Both the position numbers and the translations under genes were made by a program. From Octopus sinensis (taxonomy: Eukaryota): DNA of 64,000 bases. The notes beneath the pieces were generated by a model. The model was not told where the DNA came from. It did not search any database and was given only the letters and a program-made list of their open reading frames with translations. Of this stretch, positions 40,870 through 53,269 are shown piece after piece. Position 1 is the stretch's first letter. Each line of letters starts with the position of its first letter. The stretch lies in NCBI RefSeq assembly GCF_006345805.1, contig NC_043012.1:20708001-20772000 (forward strand), given 5' to 3'.

Positions 40870-41835
40870 TGCTCTGCTGGTCATGATGGAAAGTGTTAGC
40901 TGTCTGCAGCCGGCATACTAAGGTGACATTTGTTTACTGGTCACGCTTCAAGAACCATGTGCAGAATTCTTGCAGTTCCATGCAATACTGATTTTTGTAG
41001 GTGTTCTACCTTCACACTTGTACCGATCTTTTCCAACCATATTGCTAACTAGGTCATGATACTTTCAAGTGCACCAATTACTATTTGCATCACATTTACT
41101 CTCTTCATTGACCACGATCTTCGTAAATCCCACTTCAAATCGCCAGAGTTGTTTATTTTTTTTACTTCTTCTATCCCATTGATCCTGATCTCACCGGGGT
41201 ATGCTATGTTGATTATCATACATGTTTCTATTTTATTCACCACAGCTATGTCCGGTTTCCGATGTCTGGTCGGATGATCGCACTGAGTCATTGCATTCCA
41301 CAGGATTTTGCGGTTCTCATTCTCTGTAACTCCTTCTGGAATTTTCTCATACAAAGTCTTTGCTCTTTGTAGGCCGTGATTTGTACAGAGCTTCCAATCG
41401 ATCATTCTTGCCTCATTGTCATGGCATCATTTGTATTAGCGTGGTCCCAATTTTGGGCATTCGCTAACGATGTGACATATCGTGTAAAACCTCTCACCAC
41501 TCATTCTGCATTTGTCACTGTCAGTTGTGTTGTCTATTCTGCACTTCATATAGTTGGTCACTAACGCTTGTTCCTGAGCTGCTCATATGAGTACTTCTGT
41601 CTCTATCTTCAGGTCACTCCTCCACATGTATAGCCACCGATACCCTGCTTCTTTCTTGGCGTTCGTATCTCTTGCTAACTGACCGTATATTTGTTTCCTT
41701 CCATGCTTTTTTTCTTTTATATTCATTTGTTGTTTAAATTTTTCTTTACTTACACAATTTTCACTTTTGATGCCGGCTTTCTTCATGTGGTTCAACAGTG
41801 GCTCCATTGTAATTTTTGTATATCACCGAAGCTGT
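40870..41835 (-). mobile_element. Decayed 3' half of an R4/Dong-type LINE (same family as 9300-9995)
   Basis: YGQLARD..SDLKIETE..HWKLC..ENENRKILWN..RHRKPDIAVV..VIGAL..HLQKSVLHGTARILHMVLEA*. Confidence 0.88.
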
Positions 41836-41904
41836 TTTCTATTATTATTATCATAATCATCATCATCATCAACAACAACAACAACACATCATCATCATCA
41901 TCAT

Positions 41905-42332
41905 TGCCTTTGTACAGCTTCTAACGCTGGAGATTTACTACGGTGTCGTCTGTTCACTACAAGTGAACTAAGGTAACACCTCTTATTTTTCGAGCGCTTT
42001 CCGGGGTATTCGAACGGTTTCAAGCAGTGCTGTTTTCTGCAAGTGCTCCACCCTTTCCAACAATTACTGGTACTACTACCACCGTTTTCATCGACCACAA
42101 CTGCTTAACTTCTCAAGCTAACCTGTCATATCTACCGACTTGTTGTCTGCTGGGCATCCTATATCTATGACCCAGCATAGTTTGTTTTCTTTCTTAAATA
42201 AGGCTGTCTGGCTTCCTTTTCTGTACCTCATGGTCGCACTGAATCATAAAATCTCACAGGATCTTTGCATTATCATTTTTGATAGTGCCTTTAGGGTTAT
42301 GGTTGTACCAACTTTTTGCTCTGTGAAGTCCA
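41905..42332 (-). mobile_element. 3' fragment of R4/Dong-type LINE, family B
   Basis: Homologous to 21141-21511. Bordered by (TTA)n at 42333-42396 and a mixed CAT/CAA/TTA array at 41846-41904. Confidence 0.88.
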
Positions 42333-42355
42333 TATTATTATTATTATTATTATTA

Positions 42356-42396
<41 letters not shown>

Positions 42397-42397
<1 letters not shown>

Positions 42398-44447
42398 TGT
42401 CATTTACTTTTAATCTGCATGTTTGATGCAATCACTTGCCGGAGCACACCCAGCGCCCTAGGGCAAGTAAAGGTTAAGAGTTGTTGAAATATAGCTGAAA
42501 GCTTAGGGAAGGAAGTAGAGAAATATCTCCATGTAATACAACACAAATATTTACATTGATAGGGTTTTTCTAAGGATGTGGGCAGTACTTGTAAGCACAA
42601 TCTTTTGGATTTCCTTGAGACATGGTTCTCCAGGGATATTGTCTAGGTGTTTCTGACATCCCTTTTTTATCATACCTAGGGCACCTACAATAACAGGAAC
42701 AGTTTTTAAGATTCCACATCTTTTGTATTTCGATTTCCAGGTCCTTATATTTACTAAGTTTGTCAAATTACTTTACAGATATATTGTTATCAGTGGGGAT
42801 GCTTACCTCTATTAGTCTGCAGGTATTTTCTTCCCTGTCTTTAACAATTATGCCTGGTCGATTAGCCTTGATCTTTCTGTCAGTGTTGACTGGAAAATCC
42901 CAGAGGATGGTGACATTTTTACCTTCAACAACTGGCTGAGGATGATGTTCATACCAGTTAGAAGGAGTGCCGAATTTGTAGTGTTTACATATCTTCCAAT
43001 GTATATACTGTCCTATCCTATCGTGGCGATTTTTGTATTCGTTTGGTGTCAGCACAGGACATCCCGAAACGAGATGGTCTATGGTTTCGTCAAATGTGTC
43101 GCAGAATCTGCATTTAGGGTCAGTACCGTTTCGGAGAACGCTAGCCTGGTAATTTCTGGTAAACAAGCTTTGATCTTGTGCTGCCAGTATGAAGCCTTCA
43201 GTCTCTGCTTTCAATCTTCAGCCACTGATGGGTTGTTGCTTGGTCTACATCAGCATTTTGGCTCCGGAGAATATATTGTCCATGCAGGGGCTTCTGTCTC
43301 CACCGCCTCTCAATTTGATTTTGCCCGTTCTTTTTTGCAGTCTGCTTGATTCGCTTTGCTTGCTTGGTAGCAGTGGTTTCCGGCTCTTCATCTGATTCAA
43401 GGTTAATGTCTAGTTCCCTTTCGAACTTATAAACGTCCTTGACAATAGAATGCAGCTTTTTACTGCTTTCGTGTTCGCACACAAGTCGCAGCATCCAGTC
43501 CTTTGTACTAGATAGGTACCTGTTCATTCCTACAGTGGAGGTCTTATAGCACAGCTCTAATTGCATCATTCCTCTCCCCCCGCTGCTTCTAGGTAGGTAC
43601 AGGCGGTCTACATCTGCCTTAGGGTGGTGCATATTCTTGGATGTTAGTAATTTTCTTGTCTTCCTGTCCAAGCGTTGGAGTTCCGTAACGTTCCAGTTAA
43701 CGATGTTAAAACTGTACTGGACTACTGGAAGCGCCAGGGTGTTAATGGCGTCAATGCAATTTTTGGAGCTGAGTTCAGTCTTCAGTACAAGCCTTATTCT
43801 CTTATAGTATTCCTTTCTTATTTTTTCCTTCATAGTAGCATGATGTATACCATCTCCTTCGTTGATTCCTAGGTATTTGTAACTTTCTTGTGGGTCAAGT
43901 TCCTTGATGGTAGTGTCAATATCTAATTTAACAGAATCTGTTTGCCTGAGCTTGCCTCTTACAAAAGTTGCTTTAGCACACTTATCAAGGCCAAAATCCA
44001 TTCCGATATCATTGCTAAACTCTTTTACAGTTGTTAGCAGCCCTTCTAGCTCTTGGTCATTCCTGGCAAACAGCTTTAGGTCGTCCATATAGAAAAGGTG
44101 GTTTATTGACTTACTAAAAACTTTGTACCCATATCTGGTACTATCCAATTCGTTTGAGAGTGGGATCAGTGCCATACAAAATAGTAATGGAGAGAGGGAG
44201 TCACCTTGAAAGATACCTCGTTTGATGTTGATGCTGTCGGACTGGCTCATCCCATTACTATGACTTAGAAAGAGACGTGTGTTCCACATGGCCATGCTAT
44301 TCTGTAAGAATTTTGAGACGACAGGAGAGATCTTGTATATCTCAAGGGCCTTGAGTATCCATTTATGTGGGACACTGTCAAACGCTTTCCTGTAGTCTAT
44401 CCATGCCATACTCAGATTTTTGTTTTTGCTCTGGCAATTCTCTACAA

Positions 44448-44449
<2 letters not shown>
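42397..44449 (-). mobile_element. 5'-truncated R4/Dong-type LINE, family D (RT, CCHC knuckle, RLE)
   Basis: RT motifs AWIDYRKAFDSVPH, GIFQGDSLSP and YMDDLKL. Knuckle CRFC..ETIDHLVSGC. RLE NRPGII..LIEVSIP..K (PD changed to PG). A frameshift near 43210, a stop at 42768 and a frameshift near 42715 disable it. (TAA)n lies on both sides. Confidence 0.95.
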
Positions 44450-44513
<64 letters not shown>

Positions 44514-45947
44514 GTAAGTCTAATGACATATGACGTAGTTTTCCATCTGAACGGTGCCCATATGAATCAGTACAGTTCCAAATGAACGTAGTATCCAGAG
44601 ATGTTGATCCTATAGACCGGGTGGGTTATAGGAGTACAGGAAGATTTAGCTACTGGGTTACGTATACTACATAATGACCATTTAATAACATAAGTTAATA
44701 TGTATACCTCGCTTCCATGTAATTTTTTCCTGCAATAATTCCTGCATGTAATTGTTTCCTCCAATAAACACAATAAAATAGTGCCATTTGTTCCGCCATT
44801 CTACAGGTCAGAGATCGGAGGAACATATCTACACGGAAGTGCGAATGAGGGTACACATGAATTTGGAATGAACGGGAAACTGAGGGAAAAAACAATTAGT
44901 CTACTAATTAGGTACAACGCTGTCGCTTAGATTCTAGAGGAAACAGGTGCTCTGTTAGAATGCATTTTGTCAAATTATAAAGGATACTGAGAAACTGATG
45001 AACAGACCAAAATACTCTAAGCAGCTCTTTTTTAAAGAATAGCCATAGACACTACTGAGATCAGTGAACTATGCCATCATATTGGCCCCTTGCAGTACCT
45101 CCTTAGTTATATTCGGATACTAAAAGGGAAGTGTCTCCGGTATAGAAAAATGCAAAGAAGATGAAGTGATTCAAGCCATCAACCTTTCAGCAAGTTTACC
45201 GACACACAATCAATTTAGCCTCTCAGTGTGTCTGTTACTCTAGCGGCTATGCACGCACCCCCACATTACAATAATCTATAATTTCAAACATGATGAAGTC
45301 GTGCATTCTTCTATAGGACACCCATCTACTTTATGATTAACGGGCTGCTTAGAGAACAATGTACACTGCCTGAGAATATTTTTCAATGTCGCAATCTTCT
45401 GTCTGCTTAGCATGAATTATATGTCTAGTAAGTCAACCTCAAATTATTTATGATCGTTTTCGCCTATCATTCCAAATATTATTTACAGCTTTCCGATTCC
45501 GAAAAGCCTACGGTTCTGCAAAATGACAGCTATGAGCATCCTTTGTAATGGTCATCAACAGATCTATTATTTCTGGCATTAGATAAATTGCCATTACGAA
45601 AGCTAAAAGTAGGATTCCTATTAATCATTACTTATCTGAATATCTAAATATAGTCGACCATAGCATTCCGAGATTATTAGGAAAAAAACAGAAATCTCCC
45701 GCATGCAGGCATATATTATATTATATTATATTATATTATATTATATTATATATATATATATTATATATATATATATATATAATATATATATATATCATAG
45801 ACGTTATATATATATATATATACATATATATTGTAGATATCATATATGTTTATTATATATATAATATGGATATAGTATATAGTTATACATAAAAACACAG
45901 AGATACATGTACACATTTATATATGTATGCTGTATGTGTCTACATAT

Positions 45948-45978
<31 letters not shown>

Positions 45979-46068
45979 TATATATAAGTAACTAATATAT
46001 ATATATAAATAATTAAATATATAAATAAATAAATAAATATATATATAAATAAATATATATATATATAC

Positions 46069-46143
<75 letters not shown>

Positions 46144-46276
46144 GTCTTTGAAGTCGTGAAAAAATCTTCCAAAATTGCAATTTCTTATAGTTAAATTCCT
46201 AAAGCTTGCGACAACGTCATTTCCTTCTTTTATTTTTTATTTTTCAACTTTTCAAGGGTTCGTTAAATATTAAGAA

Positions 46277-46323
<47 letters not shown>

Positions 46324-46345
46324 TGAGAGAGAGAGAGAGAGAGAG

Positions 46346-46424
<79 letters not shown>

Positions 46425-46756
46425 GTATGTATATCAATTAAAACGTCATTAACGAAGAATGCATGTTTGGAGAGCAATGTTCACCACCGTTTTAGAGTAA
46501 CAATCATACTTGACACATTACTTGACACTTTCGGCTGTTACTTTTGGAAAGTGAGGGGCTTTGATGTAGAGAAGTGTAACATTCAATCTTGAAATCAATT
46601 GAACGTGTCGTGCACTGAACACATATGTGTATATATAGTTGTACATTTGATTCTGTGTAAGAGAAAACAGTGTGGTCTTTAAATACGGTTATGTCTATGT
46701 GTGCGTGATATATATGTATACATATATGCATATAATTGTGTGCTTATGTGCGTATG

Positions 46757-46798
<42 letters not shown>

Positions 46799-47029
46799 AT
46801 ATACACATATATGTATATACATATATATATAAATAAACAAACACGCATATATATGGCTATATATATATATATATGTATATGTATATGTATATACATATAT
46901 ATTTAGACATAGATATACGTAGGCTTGTGTATGTATTTAGATATTTACGTGGGCGTGTAGTTGACCCTCGGTGTGGAAGAGATGTTTTAATATATTTTTG
47001 CTTTATTATTATTATTATTATTATTATTA

Positions 47030-47060
<31 letters not shown>

Positions 47061-47063
<3 letters not shown>

Positions 47064-49009
47064 TAGTTTTATTTTTATAGCGTGCATTCACTTCACTACC
47101 GAGCGCAGCTCTGTGTGCCTTGGGCATGTGCTGTGATTTGTTGTGATGCTCTGATGGTTATTGTATGGAAAGTGTTCTTCGTAGGATGTGTGCAGTGCCT
47201 AGTAGTGCAATGTTCTGTATGTTATATGTGTTTGTAAGTCCTGGTGTTTTTGCTATGTATTTGTCTGAATATTTTTTATCATGCCTAATGCACCTACTAT
47301 GATAGGAATTGTTTCTGTTTTTCGATTCCACATTCTGGTTACCTTCATTTCCAGGTCTTTGTATTTTGAAAGTTTCTCCATTTCTTTTAGAGGCACTTTG
47401 TCATCTCCCGGTATTGATACATCAATTAGAAAGCATTTTTTCTTCATGATCTCTGACAACTATATCTGGTCTGTTGGCCTTAATTTCTCTATCTGTGTGT
47501 ATCGGCATATCCCAGAGTATGGTTGCTTTCTCGTTTTCTGTGACCTTTTCTGGTGTGTGCCTATACCATCTTTTTTTCTGTTGTTATTCCAGAATGTTGG
47601 CATAGCTTCCAGTGTATGTAGGTTCCAACTCTGTCATGTCTGTGAATATATTCCTTCTTAGCCAGGACTGGGCAGCCAGAGATAATATGATTTATTGTTT
47701 CTTGTCCATCTCCACATATTCTGCAGTTACTTGTTATATTTCTTTTCATTACATGTTTTTGGTAATTTCTGGTGGGGAGGCTTTGGTCTTGTGCTGCAAT
47801 TAAAACTCCCTCTGTCTCTGCTTTGAGTCCTGAGCTTCTCAACCATTGCTGGGATTTTCCTTTGTCTATTTCTTTTGCATTCAGCTTTGTCCAGTATGTA
47901 CCATAAAGGGGCTTTTCTTGCCATCGTTTTATCATGGTTCTTTGCTGATCTAGTTTTAGTTTGGATTTCATTTGTTGTATAGCTTTTGTTGTTTCTTCAT
48001 CATCATCATCTTCTTCTTCTTCTTCTTCTTCTTCTTCTTCTTCTTCTTCTTCTTCTTCTTCTTCTTCTTCTTCTTCTTCTTCTTCTTCTTCTTCTTCTTC
48101 TTCTTCATATTTATTAGGTGGTATGATTTCTTGTTTGTATTTGTCAGCTTCCTTAAATACTGAGAACAGTTTTTTGTTTTGCTCGTGTTTAGCCGCTATT
48201 TGTATCAGTTTTCCTTCCTTCTGAAGTAGAGATATTTGCAGTCCTATGGTGGTTATTTTATAGTAGTTTTCCAGCAGTATAAGGCCTCTACCACCTTCTA
48301 TACGTTGTATATGTAGTCTTTCTATGTCGGATTTTGGGTGATGCATCCTAGATCCTGTCATTATTTTTCTTGTTTTCCTATCTATTTTGGTCAGTTCATT
48401 TAGTGTCCAGTTAAGGATATTGTAGCTGTAACTTATAACTGGGACAGCTAAAGTGTTAATACCTATTATCTTGTTTTTAGTATTGAGCTCTGTTTTTAGT
48501 ATTGATCTAACTCGTCTATAATATTCTTTTTTTATTTTCTCTTTCATTTGTGTGTGTTGTGTCTTATCTAGTTCATGGATTCCTAAGTATTTGTAAGTTT
48601 GGCTTTGGTCTAATTCTTTTATTTCATTGGTTTTATCTAGTGTGATGTTGCTACTGTTAACTAGTTTTCCTCTTTTCAGGGTTACTTTGGCGCATTTTTC
48701 TAATCCAAATTTCATATCTATTTCTTTGGTAAATCCATGAACTGTCTTTGATAGTGTTTCTAGCTGTTTGTCATTTGCAGCGTATAGTTTTAGGTCATCC
48801 ATATATAAAAGGTGGCTGATCGTTTTGCCGTAACATTTATATCCGCATCCAGTTCTATTTAGCATATCAGATAGAGGTGACAGTGCCAAGCAGAAAAGGA
48901 GTGGAGAGGGCGTGTCTCCCTGGAATATTCCTCTTCTAATGGGGATGGCTTTGGTTTTCATGAGTCCCTCTTTTGTTTGGAGCTGTAGCACTGTTTGCCA
49001 TTTATTCAT
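47061..49009 (-). mobile_element. 5'-truncated R4/Dong-type LINE, family A, with in-frame poly-Glu expansion
   Basis: 482-aa ORF with GIFQGDTPSP, YMDDLKL and CRIC..ETINHIISGC. It continues via frameshifts to NRPDIVV..LIDVSIP..KLSKYKDLE and the family A 3' UTR, with (TAA)n at 47004-47060. Confidence 0.95.
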
Positions 49010-49021
49010 AATAATAATAAT

Positions 49022-49057
<36 letters not shown>

Positions 49058-49075
49058 TATTATTATTATTATTAT

Positions 49076-49518
49076 TTCTCATTTTTTCACAACTTTTACT
49101 GGAGCTTCTGGAGTCTTGCATACGTAGTGGCTTACTACCTCCAGCCTACTATTCCATGATATCGATTGTTTTCAGGTATCTAATAATTTCCTGATTATTC
49201 TGGCTGTGCCAAGGTGGCAGACCTTTTGTAACAGTTCTATTGGACATTCCATTCCAATTACCTGTATATTCTCCTTGATGCCTTCTGATACTGTTCTCAA
49301 GGACATAAAATTAATTGGCACTATGTTCACCTTCCTCATTTTCTATAGCAAGTCTATTTCTTACTTAAGAGGGTTGTATCTGTCTATCTTTACGCCTTCT
49401 TTCTTGACTATTCGTGTTTCAAAGGAGCATGCGACATCAACTATATAACATATGTCGTGCACCCTATCCTCTGCCATTAGGTTCGGTCTGGTATCCTCTA
49501 CCACCAGATCTATCTAGA
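49076..49518 (-). mobile_element. 3' end of a further R4/Dong-type LINE family
   Basis: RPNLMAEDRVHDICYIVDVACSFETRIVKKEGVKIDRYNPLK*..VNIVPI..LLQKVCHLGTARIIRKLLDT*, with a distinct 3' UTR between TAA arrays. Confidence 0.88.
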
Positions 49519-49567
49519 ATTATTATTATTATCATCATCATCATCATCATCATCATTATTATTATTA

Positions 49568-49607
<40 letters not shown>

Positions 49608-49612
49608 TATTA

Positions 49613-49648
<36 letters not shown>

Positions 49649-49674
49649 TATTATTATTATTATTATTATTATCA

Positions 49675-49890
49675 AGGCGTCGAGTAGTTAGAATCGTTAG
49701 CAGGCTGGACGGAGTGCTTAGAGATATTTAGCCCGTCGCTACCTTCTCAGTTCAAATTCCCCCGGGGTCGAATTTGCCTTGCATCTTTTCGGGTCGATAA
49801 CGTAACTTCCATAGAAACAGTGGTGCTGACGTAATCGACTAGTCCCCTCCCCACGAATTTCAGTCCTAGTACTTTCCGTGAAAAGGATTA
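49675..49890 (+). mobile_element. Diverged octopus-type SINE copy
   Basis: GGCGTCGAGTAGTTAGAATCGTTAGC..CAGTTCAAATTCCCCCGGGGTCGAATTTGCC..AATCGACTAGTCCCCTCCCC. Confidence 0.75.
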
Positions 49891-49924
49891 TTATTATCAT
49901 TATTATTATCGTTATTATTTTGCT

Positions 49925-50220
49925 CTTAATCCACATGCTTCATGCAAGCATATACCAGGTCACACCCAGCGCCCTAGGTTAAGGGGTGTTAAAATTTAAT
50001 AAAAAATTTTTTGCTGTGGGTGGGAAAATGGGGAGGACAGTACAAGAATAAAGTAATATAATACAGAACATTTGAATTGATAGGTTTCTCTAATGTTATG
50101 TGTTGTAACTGACAACATAAATTTTGCATCCTGTGACATATGGTTCTTCTGAGATGTTATCTAGGTGTTTCTCACATCCCTTTATACGATATTAAGAGCG
50201 TCTACAACAACCGGGCGAGA
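49925..50220 (-). mobile_element. Decayed 3' end of a family D-like LINE
   Basis: PVVVDAL..KGCEKHLDNI..; the CACACCCAGCGCCCTAGG motif is shared with the 3' UTR at about 42445. Confidence 0.75.
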
Positions 50221-50231
50221 AGCTATATCTT

Positions 50232-50594
50232 ATGTATTTCAAATTAGATAAAGGGATCGACCTCAGTACGCAACCGGTACGTAATTCATCGGCCCCAAAT
50301 GTATGAAAGGCAAAGTCGACCTCGGTGGAATTTGAACTCAGAACGTAAAGACAAACGAAATACCTATTTCTTTATTACCCACAAGGGGCTAAACATAGAG
50401 GGGACAAACAAGGACAGACATAGGTATGAAATCGATTACATCGACCCCAGTGCGTAACTGGTACTTAATTTATCGACCTCGAAAGGATGAAAGGCAAAGT
50501 CGACCTCGGCGGAATTTGAACTCAGAACGTAACGGCAGACGAAATACTGCTAAGCATTTCGCCCGGCGTACTAACGTTTCTGCCAGCTCGCGCC
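50232..50594 (-). mobile_element. Dimeric octopus-type SINE
   Basis: Two cores (AAAGGCAAAGTCGACCTCGG..TTTGAACTCAGAACGTAA) about 175 bp apart, with a single head at about 50590. Confidence 0.9.
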
Positions 50595-51199
50595 TTCATT
50601 ATAATAATCATTATAATGAAATAATTTTCGTTTCAATAGAAAAACATTGAATCCCTTTATGTGTGATTGCCCATAACCAACATGTCGGAAAGAATGGCGG
50701 TGCTAAATTTGATAAAATTAACCCTTATTATTTTGCTTTTATGAGCTTCCTAAACGTTGCAACTGTTGCACTGTCATCATCATCATCGTCATCACCGTCG
50801 TCATCAACATCAATATCACGACCACCATCATCATCCTCAACAACAACAACAACAACAGCAATAGCAACAGCAATAAGACCTCCAGCAACAATAACAACGA
50901 CAACAACAACAACAATAACAATCCTCATTGACAACGTGGTTGCCGTCCTTATTATCAACATTTCTAAAGATTTTTCTTTTAATTATTGTATTCATTACGG
51001 TTTCCATTACTTTGATTCGCAATGCCTGGAATTTTTTTTTTTTTTTTTTTGCTCTTTCTTGCAAATATTCAGCATCACTTCTGACGTATTATTCTTTCTC
51101 TTCTAAAGTTAGATGATAGCTACTTCTTATAATCTTGAGGGATATTTTAGTTTCTCTTTCATCTCGGTTTTCACAATTCTGGGAATTTTTTTTATGCTA

Positions 51200-51209
51200 C
51201 TATACCCGC

Positions 51210-51266
<57 letters not shown>

Positions 51267-51385
51267 TCTCTTCCTCTGTCTCTCTCTCTCTCTCTCTTAC
51301 AATCATCCTCTCTCTTCCCCTCTCTCTCCCTTTCAATCACTTCCTCTCTTTCTCCCTTTCAATCACCCTCTCTCTTCCTCTCTCT

Positions 51386-51420
<35 letters not shown>
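51200..51420. repeat. (CT)n-rich polypyrimidine tract
   Basis: Directly visible. Confidence 0.95.
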
Positions 51421-51429
<9 letters not shown>

Positions 51430-52067
51430 TCCTTATTTCATCGATCCCTTCTATTATCTCTTCTTTTGAGGCATTATCTTTTTTCTATTAAGAAATTTTG
51501 CACTTCATCAAATGTGCTTTTTTTTTCTTCTTTTGACTCATATTTGTGTTACTCTCGATGTTGTGTATTGTTTCCTTCTTTTTTCACTGTGAAAATCTTA
51601 TTTCATATTGGACAGAGGATCACAAACATTTGCTTGCATTCTTCTCCCTTTCTTTCTCTCTCTCTCTCTCACTCTATTTGCCTCCTTCCCACGTTCGTTT
51701 CCCCCGCATCTCTCATATTCATTCAAATTCTCGCTATTCCGTAATATCGTGCCGGCCATCGCTCAGTCACAGTGGCAGTAGTAGCAGTTGTTTTTTTGTT
51801 TTTCTTTTTGTTTTGTTTTTTTTCGTCCAGATACGCGTATCAATGAGAGTGTAGGCGATCTGACTGCCTAATTCCGTTGTATTGTTTGATAAAATATAAT
51901 TGGACGCCTTGATGTCTCGTTTTTGGAAAGCTGGAGTCCAAGTCCTAGTTATCACTTTTACTCTTATGTTTTACATCTCTGTCCCTCTATCTCTACTTAA
52001 TAACGTTAAGTATTCATACACTCAAGCATACACACACATGCACACATACACACATACCCCCCCACAT

Positions 52068-52103
<36 letters not shown>

Positions 52104-52234
52104 GAACGTTTACTTATAACATGTACATGTGTATGATTGTGTGTGTGTGTATATACATATATGTGTGTGGTGTGTGTGTGTGTGTGTGTGTGCGTGTTTG
52201 TGTAAACATGCAGAGTTCTGTATAACAAATATAT

Positions 52235-52375
52235 AGGCCAGTAAGCACGGGAGAGGGAGGAAATCGATTACATCGACCCCAGTATTCAACTGGTACGTAT
52301 TTATCAACCCAGAAAGAATAAAAGGCAGAGTCGACCTCGACGAAATTTGAACTCAGAATGTAAAGACAGACGGGC
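52235..52375 (-). mobile_element. Partial octopus-type SINE abutting the mariner end
   Basis: AATCGATTTACATCGACCCCAGTA..AAAGGCAGAGTCGACCTCGACGAAATTTGAACTCAGAATG. Confidence 0.85.
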
Positions 52376-52383
52376 ATTACATG

Positions 52384-53230
52384 TATCAGGTCATCCCATA
52401 AGTTCTGTCCGAATTTTGAATAAAGAAAACGAGTGATCAAATGTTATATTTAATTGAAATTTAATCATCAATGTACTTCCTCTGATTATCTATGACTTCC
52501 TTCCATCTATTTACAAGCCTTTTAATCCCATCAATGTAAAACTCTTTTGGCTTCTATGCGAAGGACTCTGAAATGGCAGTTTCGACATCCTTCTGGTTTG
52601 CAAAAGTAATGTTCCCCAAATGATTCTGTAAAGTACGAAACAAATGGTAGTGTGAAGGAGGAAGGTCGGGAGAATAAGATGGATAAGGAATTTTTTCTCA
52701 ACCAAGCTCTTCTGTGATGTGATCTTTACGCTGTGGGGTCACGCATTGTTCTGATGAAACATCAATCCTTTTCGATTCACTAAAGCGGATCCTTTTTTTC
52801 TTCAAAGCTTGGTTGAAACGCTGTAATTGCTGACAGTAGACTTGAGCACTGATTGTTGCATTAGGTTGTTAACAATTCAAAGTGAATTACTTCTTTGCAA
52901 TCCCACCAGATAGAGAGAAGAACCTTTTTTTCCCATGAAGTTCCCTTCTCGGTTGTGGTTGAGATTTTTCCCTTTTACCAAGTCATTGTTTACCACGTTT
53001 AACATTTCGATAGAAGATCCATTTTTCGTCACCAGTCACAAGTCTATCGAAAAAGGGTGAAATGTGTTCGCGAGAATGGAGAGAAGAGTAGATGTCAACT
53101 CGGGATTTGCAGTTGCTTTTGGACAATTCATGAGGTACCCATTTTCCAAGTTTAGCAACCTTTCCAAGTTGTTGAAGATGACGATGAACAGTTGTATGGT
53201 TTGAACTAAGCTTTATTGCCTATTCTTCAA
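52384..53230 (-). mobile_element. Inactive mariner (DD34D-type) transposon, 5'-truncated, one terminal inverted repeat (TIR) retained
   Basis: KWVPHEL at 53124-53141, DRLVTGDEKWIFY, LSIWWD, FHQNNA, YSPDLPPSHYHLF and RW..VI....KYIDD*. The terminal TA-TCAGGTCATCCCATAAGTTCTGTCCG starts at 52384. Confidence 0.93.
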
Positions 53231-53269
53231 ATGATAATGCGTGTGCGTATGTGTGTGTGTGTTCATATA

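Noticed and set aside
43198-44529. 443-aa ORF as a functional RT gene
   Set aside because: Its start and poly-Ile come from the flanking TAA array. The element is 5'-truncated, with a frameshift, a stop and a PD-to-PG change downstream.
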